Source: Chthoniobacteraceae bacterium
Lineage (GTDB): Bacteria > Verrucomicrobiota > Verrucomicrobiia > Chthoniobacterales > Chthoniobacteraceae
DNA length: 39,327 nt
Direction of reading: 5' to 3'
Assembly: GCA_031409655.1 (NCBI GenBank)
Contig: JANNXQ010000256.1
Span: forward strand, 1 to 39,327
Positions 1 through 8,600 of the stretch are shown here, one piece after another (position 1 is the first letter of the stretch; every line of letters begins with the position of its first letter). Both the position numbers and the translations under genes were made by a program. The notes below the pieces were generated by a model, which had not been told where the DNA came from, ran no database searches, and worked only from the letters and a program-made list of their open reading frames with translations.

Positions 1-1118
1 AGACGGCTCTTCCCGGCGAGGGACACGCTTCGCCGATTATTTGGAACGACCGCATCTTCACGGTCTGCGCAGACGAGGCGACGAATGAGCGCCTGCTCAT
101 CTGCCTGGATCGGGCAAACGGTTCGATCCTCTGGAAGAGCACCGTCATCACCGCACCGCCCGAAGCGATTCACCGGCTGAACTCGCACGCTTCCAGCACG
201 CCCGCGACCGACGGCGAGCGCATCTTCACCGCGTTTCTCGACAAGGACCAGGTCGTCGTCGCCGCTCACGATTTCGCGGGGAAACCGCTCTGGCTCAAAC
301 GCCCTGGCCGCTTCAGCAGCATGCACGGCTTTTGCAGTTCGCCGATCGTTCATCGCGACAAGGTCATCGTGAACTGCGATCACGACGGCGACGGATACAT
401 CGTGGCGCTGGCCCGCGAAGATGGCCGCGAACTCTGGCGCATCGACCGCCCCAACAAGACGCGCAGCTATTGCGTCCCGATCATTCGCGAAGTCGCCGGG
501 CGCACCCAGATGGTCCTTTCCGGCAGCAAATGCGTCACCAGCTACGATCCCGAAACCGGCAAGCTGCTCTGGATCATCGACGGCCCCACGGAGCAGTTCG
601 TCGCCTCGCTCGTCTTCAATGACCGCGCGAATCTCTTTTTCCTCACCGCCGGATTTCCCGAGCATCACATCCTCGCCATCCGCCCCGACGGCAGCGGCAA
701 CGTCACCGACTCCGCCATCGCGTGGCGCACGACGCGCGGCGCCGCCTATGTCCCCTCGCCCATCTCCGCGGGCGACTGGTTTCTCGTCACCTCGGACAGC
801 GGCATCGCGCATTGCTTCGCGGCAAAAACGGGCGAGATCGCGTGGCAGGAGCGACTCGGCGAACAGCACGCCTCCATCGTGCTCGCGGATGGTCTCGTTT
901 ACTTCCTCAACGACGCAGGCGTGATGAACGTCGTGCGTCCCGGCCCGACCTTCGAACTCGTGGCGAAGAACGAACTCGGCGAACGCTGCTACGCGTCCCC
1001 GGCGATCAGCGAAGGTCAGATCCTTCTCCGCACCGAGAAAGCGCTGCTCTGTATCGGGAGGAAGGAAAATTCCAAGGTCCAGGTTCCTCCGTCCAAACAA
1101 GCAGCGCAACGCGAGTAA
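1..1118 (+). CDS. PQQ-binding-like beta-propeller repeat protein (BamB-like), 5' truncated by window edge
   Basis: Frame is open from base 3 (TALPGEGHASPIIWNDRIF...) into ORF 321..1118. Shows SSP/ASP blade motifs, 'G..LW' repeats and the C-terminal 'LVAKNELGERCYASPAISEGQILLRT' typical of PVC PQQ-like propellers. Confidence 0.85.
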   Translation, partial: TALPGEGHASPIIWNDRIFTVCADEATNERLLICLDRANGSILWKSTVITAPPEAIHRLNSHASSTPATDGERIFTAFLDKDQVVVAAHDFAGKPLWLKRPGRFSSMHGFCSSPIVHRDKVIVNCDHDGDGYIVALAREDGRELWRIDRPNKTRSYCVPIIREVAGRTQMVLSGSKCVTSYDPETGKLLWIIDGPTEQFVASLVFNDRANLFFLTAGFPEHHILAIRPDGSGNVTDSAIAWRTTRGAAYVPSPISAGDWFLVTSDSGIAHCFAAKTGEIAWQERLGEQHASIVLADGLVYFLNDAGVMNVVRPGPTFELVAKNELGERCYASPAISEGQILLRTEKALLCIGRKENSKVQVPPSKQAAQRE

Positions 1119-1154
1119 GGCTCGAGCTAAAGAACCTTCGCGCGCTCGCGCGCC

Positions 1155-2120
1155 TTACTTCGCGTCCTCGACCTTCGTCAGGGTCATCGTCACGTCCTGC
1201 TTCATCGGGATGATCAGCTTTTGGTCCGGGGCCGTCGGGTTGTTCATCGACATCTCCATCTCCTGCTTCATCTGCGTCTCGCGCGCCATGCCGAGCGCGT
1301 TGTCAAACCAGATCGTGCCGCTCATCTTTCCGTTCGTTACTTTCATGCCCATGGCCTTCATCATGGCGGCCGCTGGATTGGCATCGGAAGCACCGGCGGG
1401 CGCGGCAGCGACGTCAAAATTCATCAAGCCTTCCATCGCGATCTCCGCGCAGGGGACGCCCGCACGGTTCGAAGTGCCTTTGTAAGTGTAAGTGCCCTTG
1501 ATGCCAACGTTCCCGATCTGCGGCATCTTCATCTGGTAATCCCAGGGCCAGGACTCACCCACCTTCACGGGCTTGCCGGGAGTCGTCCGGAGCGCGCCCT
1601 GTTTCACCATGTCGGTCAGCGATTCCTTCGTGAACATTTCGCCGATCGGGCTGCCCGCCATCCCGCCGCCGACCGCACCCATGAACTCCTCGAAATTTTC
1701 GATCCCGGTGATTTCGCCCTGCTCGTCGGCGAGCATCTTGATTTCTTTACCCACGAGCGCGCCAAGTTGCTTGCCCATGCCGATCGAGTCGGCCTCGGGC
1801 TTGGCGGAATCAAACGCCATCTCCTGACCATTCATGTTCATGTTCATCGACATGCGGTCATACTTTATCGAGAGCCGCTTCTGTTTGCCGTCCTCGTGCT
1901 TCTTCACCGTCGTGCTCATGTCCATGCCCATGGTCATCTTCTGCTCCATCTTCTGCGGCCCCATCTGCGTGGTGCTGGTCTGCAGCATCTTCATGGACTG
2001 CGAATATTTTTTGCCAGTCTGCCACTGCTGCTTCAGGTCCACGGGATCAGCGGCGGAAAGCGGCGCGGTGGAAAGTGCGAGAGTGACGAGCGGGAGGAGT
2101 GTGCGGGTGAGGATATTCAT
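1155..2120 (-). CDS. Secreted DUF6263-like protein
   Basis: Signal peptide, 'LKQQWQTGKKY', Met-rich beta strands, 'PGKPVKVGESW', 'GTIWFD...G'. Confidence 0.7.
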   Translation of the reverse strand: MNILTRTLLPLVTLALSTAPLSAADPVDLKQQWQTGKKYSQSMKMLQTSTTQMGPQKMEQKMTMGMDMSTTVKKHEDGKQKRLSIKYDRMSMNMNMNGQEMAFDSAKPEADSIGMGKQLGALVGKEIKMLADEQGEITGIENFEEFMGAVGGGMAGSPIGEMFTKESLTDMVKQGALRTTPGKPVKVGESWPWDYQMKMPQIGNVGIKGTYTYKGTSNRAGVPCAEIAMEGLMNFDVAAAPAGASDANPAAAMMKAMGMKVTNGKMSGTIWFDNALGMARETQMKQEMEMSMNNPTAPDQKLIIPMKQDVTMTLTKVEDAK

Positions 2121-2195
2121 TGAAGGGATAAGTGAAGCGCGGACATAAGCATAAACTCAGAAGGTGTCGAGCGCCGGGCGGTGGAGGCGGGGCGT

Positions 2196-2302
<107 letters not shown>

Positions 2303-2314
2303 AGTGTCCCCGCC

Positions 2315-4237
2315 ATGCCCGCCGACGCGCTTTTCTCCGACGATGAATCCGTCTTCACCATCCAGACCCGCGCACCCGGTCCTGCGGGCGCGCTGCCGCT
2401 CACGGCGGAAATGCTCAGCGCGAGCCCCAGTGGCGACATCTTTGGGCTGACGCAAAATGTCGGCATGGGTTGGGAGCCGGACGCGCTCACGGGGAAGCAA
2501 TATCTCATCCTCAGCACCCAGGGCGGCCTGCGCGCGCCGGATGGGAAGCCGATCGCGCTCGGCTATCACACCGGCCACTGGGAGATCGGCCTGCTGGTGG
2601 AGGCCGCCGCGCGCGAGCTGCGGCGGCTCGGCGCCGTGCCCTTTGCCGGCGCGGTCTCCGATCCGTGCGATGGCCGCACGCAAGGCACGCCAGGGATGTT
2701 CGATTCCCTGCCCTATCGCAACGACGCCGCGCTCGTCCTCCGACGACTCATCCGCTCGCTGCCGCGCCGCTCCGGCGTCATCGGCGTGGCCACCTGCGAC
2801 AAGGGCCTCCCCGCGATGATGATGGCCCTCGCCGCGATGCCCGATCTGCCGGGCGTCATCGTCCCCGGCGGCGTCACCCTCCCGCCCACAACCGGCGAGG
2901 ACGCCGGCGCCGTGCAGACCATCGGCGCGCGCTTTTCCCGCGGCCTGCTCACGCTGAAAGAGGCCGCCGAACTCGGCTGCCGCGCCTGCGCCTCGCCGGG
3001 TGGCGGGTGCCAATTCCTCGGCACCGCGGCCACCGCGCAAGTCGTCGCCGAAGCCCTCGGCATCGCCGTCCCCCACTCCGCCCTCGCCCCCTCCGGACAG
3101 CCCGTCTGGCGCGATATCGCCGTGCGCTCCGCCCGCGCCCTCACCGCTCTGGAAGCGCGCGGCGCCAGGATGCGCGACGTCCTCACTCCCGCCGCCATTC
3201 GCAATGCCATGGTCGTCCACGCCGCCTTCGGCGGCTCCACGAATCTCCTCCTCCACATCCCCGCCATCGCCCACGCCGCCAGGCTGCCGCGCCCGACGGT
3301 GCAGGATTGGATCGACGTGAACCGCACCACTCCCCGCCTCGTGGACGTGCTCCCGAATGGGCCGAAATTTCACCCCACCGTGCGCGTCTTCCTCGCCGGC
3401 GGCGTGCCGGAAGTCATGCTCCACCTGCGCGCCCTCGGCCTGCTCGATACCACCGTGCAGACCGTGAGCGGCACCACACTCGGCGAGGAGCTCGACGCCT
3501 GGGAAAAGTCCGACCGCCGCCGCCGCTTCCGCGCCCTCCTCCTCGAGCGCGATGGCGTGGATGCGGACGAAGTCATCATGTCCCCCGAACGCGCCCGCGA
3601 GCGCGGCCTCACCGGCACCCTCGTCTTCCCGCTGGGCAATCTCGCGCCCGAAGGCTCCGTCATCAAAGCCACCGCCATCGACCCCAGCGTCGTCGATCCC
3701 GATGGCGTCTATCGGAAGACCGGCCCCGCGCGCGTCTTCACCAGCGAAGCCGCCGCCATCGCCGCCCTCCGCGCCGGCCTCATCCAGGCCGGAGACATCA
3801 TGGTCCTCGCCGGCGTCGGCCCCCTCGGCACCGGCATGGAGGAGACCTACCAGGTGACCAGCGCCTTGAAAGCATTGCCCTTTGGCAAACACGTCGCCCT
3901 GCTCACCGACGCCCGTTTCTCCGGCGTCTCCACCGGCGCCTGCATCGGCCACATCGGCCCCGAAGCCCTCGCCGGCGGCCCCATCGGCAAAGTCCGTGAC
4001 GGCGACACCATCCGCATCGAGATCGACCGCGTGAAGATGGCCGGCCGCGTCGAACTCCTCGGCCACGACCACGCCACCCTCGCCGCCCGCGAGCCGCACC
4101 CCGGCCTCGCGCCCCATCCCGCCCAGCCCGAAGACACCCGCCTCTGGGCCGCCCTGCAACAACTCGGCGGCGGCACCTGGGGCGGCTGCGTCTATGACAT
4201 CGACGCCATCGTCGCCGCCCTCCCTGCGCGGAGGTGA
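2315..4237 (+). CDS. yjhG: YjhG/YagF-family D-xylonate dehydratase (IlvD/Edd family)
   Basis: Motifs [62 protein letters not shown]. Start placed at ATG 2315 because the upstream extension is heptamer-repeat sequence. Confidence 0.88.
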   Translation: MPADALFSDDESVFTIQTRAPGPAGALPLTAEMLSASPSGDIFGLTQNVGMGWEPDALTGKQYLILSTQGGLRAPDGKPIALGYHTGHWEIGLLVEAAARELRRLGAVPFAGAVSDPCDGRTQGTPGMFDSLPYRNDAALVLRRLIRSLPRRSGVIGVATCDKGLPAMMMALAAMPDLPGVIVPGGVTLPPTTGEDAGAVQTIGARFSRGLLTLKEAAELGCRACASPGGGCQFLGTAATAQVVAEALGIAVPHSALAPSGQPVWRDIAVRSARALTALEARGARMRDVLTPAAIRNAMVVHAAFGGSTNLLLHIPAIAHAARLPRPTVQDWIDVNRTTPRLVDVLPNGPKFHPTVRVFLAGGVPEVMLHLRALGLLDTTVQTVSGTTLGEELDAWEKSDRRRRFRALLLERDGVDADEVIMSPERARERGLTGTLVFPLGNLAPEGSVIKATAIDPSVVDPDGVYRKTGPARVFTSEAAAIAALRAGLIQAGDIMVLAGVGPLGTGMEETYQVTSALKALPFGKHVALLTDARFSGVSTGACIGHIGPEALAGGPIGKVRDGDTIRIEIDRVKMAGRVELLGHDHATLAAREPHPGLAPHPAQPEDTRLWAALQQLGGGTWGGCVYDIDAIVAALPARR

Positions 4238-4382
4238 TCTCCGTCCTTCCCCGGCCCACCTCGGAGCGCCGCCGTCCCGTGCGGCAAACCTTTTACAACC
4301 CGCGCAGCGCACACCCAGGACTTACGTACCCAAGGCGCCGCGCCCGGCGCAGCCAGCCTACCAGCCTGTTGAAATACCTGCC

Positions 4383-4637
4383 CCCCTGTTCAGGAAACCC
4401 CGAAGCGGGTTCAAGGGCGAAGCATCCGTGCTCAAGGCGGTCGCCTTCGTGTTCAGGAAAGAGGGATCCCTGTTCAAGGACGCCGCATCCCTGTTCCGGA
4501 AAGAGAGATCCCTGTTCAGGGACGCCCCATTCCCGTTCAGGGACGCGAGATTCCTGTTCAGGGACGCCCCATTCCTGTTCAGGGAACTGAGATTCCTGTT
4601 CAGGGAACCGGGATTCCTGTTCCGGGAGGCAGGATTC
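4383..4637. repeat. Array of 12 degenerate 21-bp units (near-palindromic TYCCTGTTCAGGGA + 7 variable nt)
   Basis: GTTC/GCTC cores at 4388, 4409, 4430, 4451, 4472, 4493, 4514, 4535, 4556, 4577, 4598 and 4619, an exact period of 21. Confidence 0.9.
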
Positions 4638-5042
4638 GGGAGAGCTTTCCGAGTCCTGCGAGACCATTTTCCGGCAAATTTTTCCCGCCCCAGTCGCGAA
4701 TTGCCCTTTACCCCCGCCCTCACCTCCGGCAGCGTCAAGCGCCGTGAGTAAAGCGGTTTTCCCCATCCGAAAGCGTGGCTATTCCATCGGCAAGACCGTG
4801 GACGACGCCATGGTCGCCATCGAGCGCGACAACCCGCGCCTCAAAGGCGTCCTCCCCAAGGACTACGCCCGCCCCGGCCTCGACAAGCAGCGCCTCGGCG
4901 AACTCATCGACCTCATCGCCACCATCAGCCTCATCGCTGCCAGCGAGGGCGAGAAGACCCACCGCTCCGTCGATCTGCTCGGGCGCGTTTACGAATACTT
5001 CCTCACCCGCTTCGCCAGCGCCGAGGACAAGAACGGCGGCCA

Positions 5043-5106
5043 TTCGAGCGGAGCGAGAAAGACTGCCATAGGCAGCCCGCAGGGTGAACGCGGGGGGCGT
5101 TCATCA
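5043..5106 (+). mobile_element. 64-bp mini-hairpin insertion 1 in hsdM
   Basis: Removal restores GGC CAA TTC (GQF). Closely similar to the copy at 18841-18903. Confidence 0.8.
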
Positions 5107-5162
5107 ATTCTAAACCCCGTCCTGCGTCGTGCGCTGCCTCGTCGAGATGCTCGCCCCCTACA

Positions 5163-5231
5163 CTGCCCTGCGCGGCAGCGCATTCCTTCAAAGCGAAGCC
5201 TCACCGCAGGTCGTGAGCGCAGCGAAGGACA
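5163..5231 (+). mobile_element. 69-bp mini-hairpin insertion 2 in hsdM (in frame)
   Basis: Removal restores CCC TAC AAA GGC (PYKG). Contains GCGAAGC, ACCGCAGGT and GCGCAGC hairpins. Confidence 0.75.
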
Positions 5232-5343
5232 AAGGCCGCATCTACGACCCCGCCTGCGGCTCCGGCGGCATGTTCGTGCAGTCGGAAAAATTCGCCGAAT
5301 CCCACGGCGGCAAGTTGGGCGACATCAGCATCTATGGCCAGGA

Positions 5344-5424
5344 CAAATGGGCGCGGCGGCAGCGCCCATTTGGTCTCGCAATGCGAGCCCGCAGGGTGAG
5401 GCTGCGGCGGCAGCAGCCGAAACA
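5344..5424 (+). mobile_element. 81-bp mini-hairpin insertion 3 in hsdM (in frame)
   Basis: Removal restores CAG GAA AGC AAC (QESN). Stems CAAATGGGCGC/GCGCCCATTTG, CTCGCA/TGCGAG, CCCGCAGGG. Confidence 0.8.
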
Positions 5425-5503
5425 AAGCAACGCCAGCACCCACCACCTCGACGTGATGAACCTCGCCCTGCGCGGCATCGAAGCCGACTTCGGCCCTGAG
5501 CAC

Positions 5504-5626
5504 ACCGTCACTTTCGGGTTTTGCGACCCGCTAAACCGGGAACGCCGCTTCATTCCAATGCGGCTCGACGACGCCCCCATCAAGGGCTCCTTGGCGCAGT
5601 TCCTTTACATCAACTTGCTCCCAGAG
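5504..5626 (+). pseudogene. C-terminal half of a TIR (TIR_2-like) domain fused in frame to the hsdM remnant
   Basis: TFGFCDPLNRERRFIPMRLDDAPIKGSLAQFLYIN matches, from recall, the 'TFRFRDPLNKERRFIPLRLDDAPIKGSLAQFLYINW' segment of PVC-bacterial TIR proteins. Confidence 0.65.
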
Positions 5627-5673
5627 TGCAGACTTTTCCAGCTACGCGACCAAGACAAAACATCCCAATACCC

Positions 5674-8600
5674 ATGAACCCATTCACAATCGTAGTTACA
5701 AGCAGCATCGACGGATTGATTGAGGCGCAGGAAATCGTCAAGGAAGTTACTGCAAAGAGGGACGTTCAGCTTATTTGGCATCCGGATTCCGACCGGCTTC
5801 AAACAGAAATTCTTTCGCAATGCGAACGCGAGATTTCCGATTGCGACTGCGTCTTAACCGTTGTGGGCCACCGATACGGCGAATTCCTTCCGGGGAAAAG
5901 AATATCGCTCGGTCACGCGCAAGTGGACTTCGCGTTGGCCCGATCGTTCAGACCACTCCTGGCCTTCAAGCTGCCCGGCACTCAAGCAGACTTCCTCCCA
6001 CGAGAGAGCCACGATGCTAGGATGCGCATGGTGAAAGACCTACATGACAGTCGCGTTCTGAACGAAGTCTCTGATCTCGATCAATTCCAAAAGAGCTTGG
6101 TGAGAGCGCTTTGGTGGCTGCTCATAGAGTCCCGTCAGACTCGGAAAATTATTTTGGTGAGCAGCACATTTGCCGATCTCAAAGAGGCCAGGGGCGAACT
6201 CCAAGAGGCGGTGGGGACGTATTCGACGGGAATGCCTTGCGTTATGTTTGAGGAATTACCGAAAGGACTTTCAGCTGAAGACACATCCCGGCGGTTGGCC
6301 GAACAGACTGGTTTGTATTTTGGGTTACTATCGGATTATCGGGGGTCGGTTATTCCCGGCAAGAAGCTCAGTTATACCGAGATCGAGTATGAGGCGACCT
6401 ATAGTCTGCAACGAAGTCCAATTGTCGTATTTGAAGCCGACGATCCAAGTCTCCTTAAATCGCACGAGCAAAGCGCTGACGATTTTGAAAGAGTCAGGGA
6501 ATTCAACGCCCTTCTTCGCGAACGGCACAAACCGGTCCGCCGCTTTCGCCGGTTGGGACATCTCTACAGTTTGGCGATCGATGCATTGGGGGAATTGGAA
6601 AGAGCCGGCAAGCTGAACCGTGACGTGAACACAAGTGCGTCGGACTCGACTCTTGGTCCTCAACCTCCGCAGCCATTCTTTGTCCAGGAATATAGCCTCG
6701 CTGTTGAAACGAATCTCGTCGGACGGGACGACGAACTGCGCGCTCTGGACGGATGGCTCACGGATTCGAGAGCACCTCATTTCGGAGCGCGCATCTATTG
6801 CATCGACGCGGCTGGCGGAATGGGCAAGAGCGCCCTCGCTTGGAATTGGTTGCAGCGCCTTCTCTCAAAATCAACGCCTCACTTTGAGGCCGTTGCCTGG
6901 TTCAGTTTTTACGCAGTGGAAACCGGGTTTGATGTTATGGCAGAGACTGTTCTGCCCTATCTCCTGCGGCTGCCAGGACTCGAACAGATTCGTGACGCCG
7001 ATGTCTCATCTCTCGAGAAGCTGCTGCGCATCGTGGAAGAACGGCGGATTCTTCTCGTTCTCGATGGTCTTGAGCGCCGGATGAAACTCTACACAAAATT
7101 TAGAGCTCGTGGATACGAGGGACGTGACCTCATGGAGCTTGTCGAGGAACGCGTTGAGTTTCATCGCCACTTGTTCGGCGAATGGCCCGACGAAATTGCG
7201 CGCCAACTTGCCAGGGAGGATTGCTATCGGATGACCGATGAGGAGGCCGAGGTGCTCCGCCGACTTGCCCGCCCCGGACGTTCTCGCGTGCTGATCACAT
7301 CGCGTTTCTTTCCATCCGATCTACAGGACCGATCGACGCCAATTACCGGCGCCACGACTCTCCCTGACCCTAAAAACCTCGCCGGTGTTGCTCGGCTGCC
7401 GCTTGAACCGTTCGATTTGCCCACAGCTCGGGAACTTGCTGTGGCTTTGGATCTGCCATGGCAGCAGGAGTTTTCGGGTCTCCACAGCAAAGTCGGAGGA
7501 TACCCTCTCTATTTAGCGTTGGCATTCGCGTTTGCCGCACGGGGCAAAGACTCTCCAGAGGAATTTCCCCGCCGAATCGCAAAAATTGCCTCTGCCCTTC
7601 GGGGCGATGCGGAAGAGGCTCGTATCGCGGTCGTGACGCTTGGCATCGACGATCTTTCAGACGAACACCGGGAAGTTCTCTATGAAGTGGAGTTCTGCCC
7701 AATCGCAACCAGTTTCGTTGACCTCCAGAGGGTCCTTTGTGGGCCGCAAGCGCTCTTTGAGCGTCCTTCGGAACTCGAGGCGGACCTGCGACTTTTGCAC
7801 TCCAGGAAGCTCGTAGGGTGGGATCGTCAGACGGGCAGTTGCGACATGCACCCGGTGGTTCGTCATGCAGTGCGACACTTTGGAGATCAAGGTGCAATTA
7901 ACCAGCGAATCATTGACCGACACGGCGGTGATTCTCAGGAGGCGTTGGCTGCCTCAGGCGCATCAGCGGTTAACGAGAGCTTCGGCGAGCTACTGCTTCG
8001 GCTCAACGCATTCAGCCGGAAAGAGTCGCATTCTGAAAAGGCGTTTGTCGCCTACCTGGTTTTCGTGGACGACTGGTTCCGATATAACTCCTCACAAATT
8101 GACAAGCGGTTGGAGTATCTGGAGGAATTCTACCAACATGAGTTCAAGTATTCAGTCCCGGCGCGCATCGGACTTCTCACTCGTCTCGCGGACACCTTTC
8201 TTCTCAAAGCACAACTTGATCGCGCGCAACGACACGCCACACGGGCGTTTGAACTGGCGACGCAATCCGCCGACGGGAGTTTAATTCGAATGGCGTGCAA
8301 CGTGTGCGCCGATATCGCTAGTAGCCAAGCTCGTCGCTTCGAAGAGGATCGGTTTCTACGAACTGCGGCGCAACACGAAATCTTTTCACTATCGGATCGG
8401 TCTTGCGTTTGGTTGCTGTGTTCGCAAATCGCAGTAAACGCAGCCACTTCGAGGATAGATGAGGCGGTTCATGTTCTTTCCTACCTACAATCACACTACC
8501 CAAGCGATGCCGACGTTATCAAGGGGGAATTCAATTTGGCCGCTGCACAGTGGCTAAAGGGTGAGCGGCAAAGGAGTGTGCTGGAGGAAATCCTCGCCCG

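Larger units (their letters stand above)
4786..5503 (+). pseudogene. hsdM: Type I restriction-modification methyltransferase HsdM, internal fragment with three insertions and a stop
   Basis: [27 protein letters not shown]...[21 protein letters not shown][ins]QF*TP..VVR.LVEML.PY[ins][18 protein letters not shown]...IYGQ[ins]ESN....[16 protein letters not shown]. Both N- and C-termini are missing; TAA at 5111-5113. Confidence 0.9.

Noticed and set aside
4383..4637. 21-bp array as a CRISPR array
   Set aside because: The 14-bp core and 7-nt, partly repeated spacers are far too short, and there are no cas genes.
5043..5110. TTCGA...ATTC as a tRNA T-arm remnant or att site
   Set aside because: There is no cloverleaf, acceptor stem or CCA. 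The flanks are hsdM codons.
5521..5673. 51-aa N-terminal extension of the STAND ORF
   Set aside because: It overlaps the TIR fragment in another frame and has non-protein-like composition. ATG 5674 sits right before the first DUF4062 strand.
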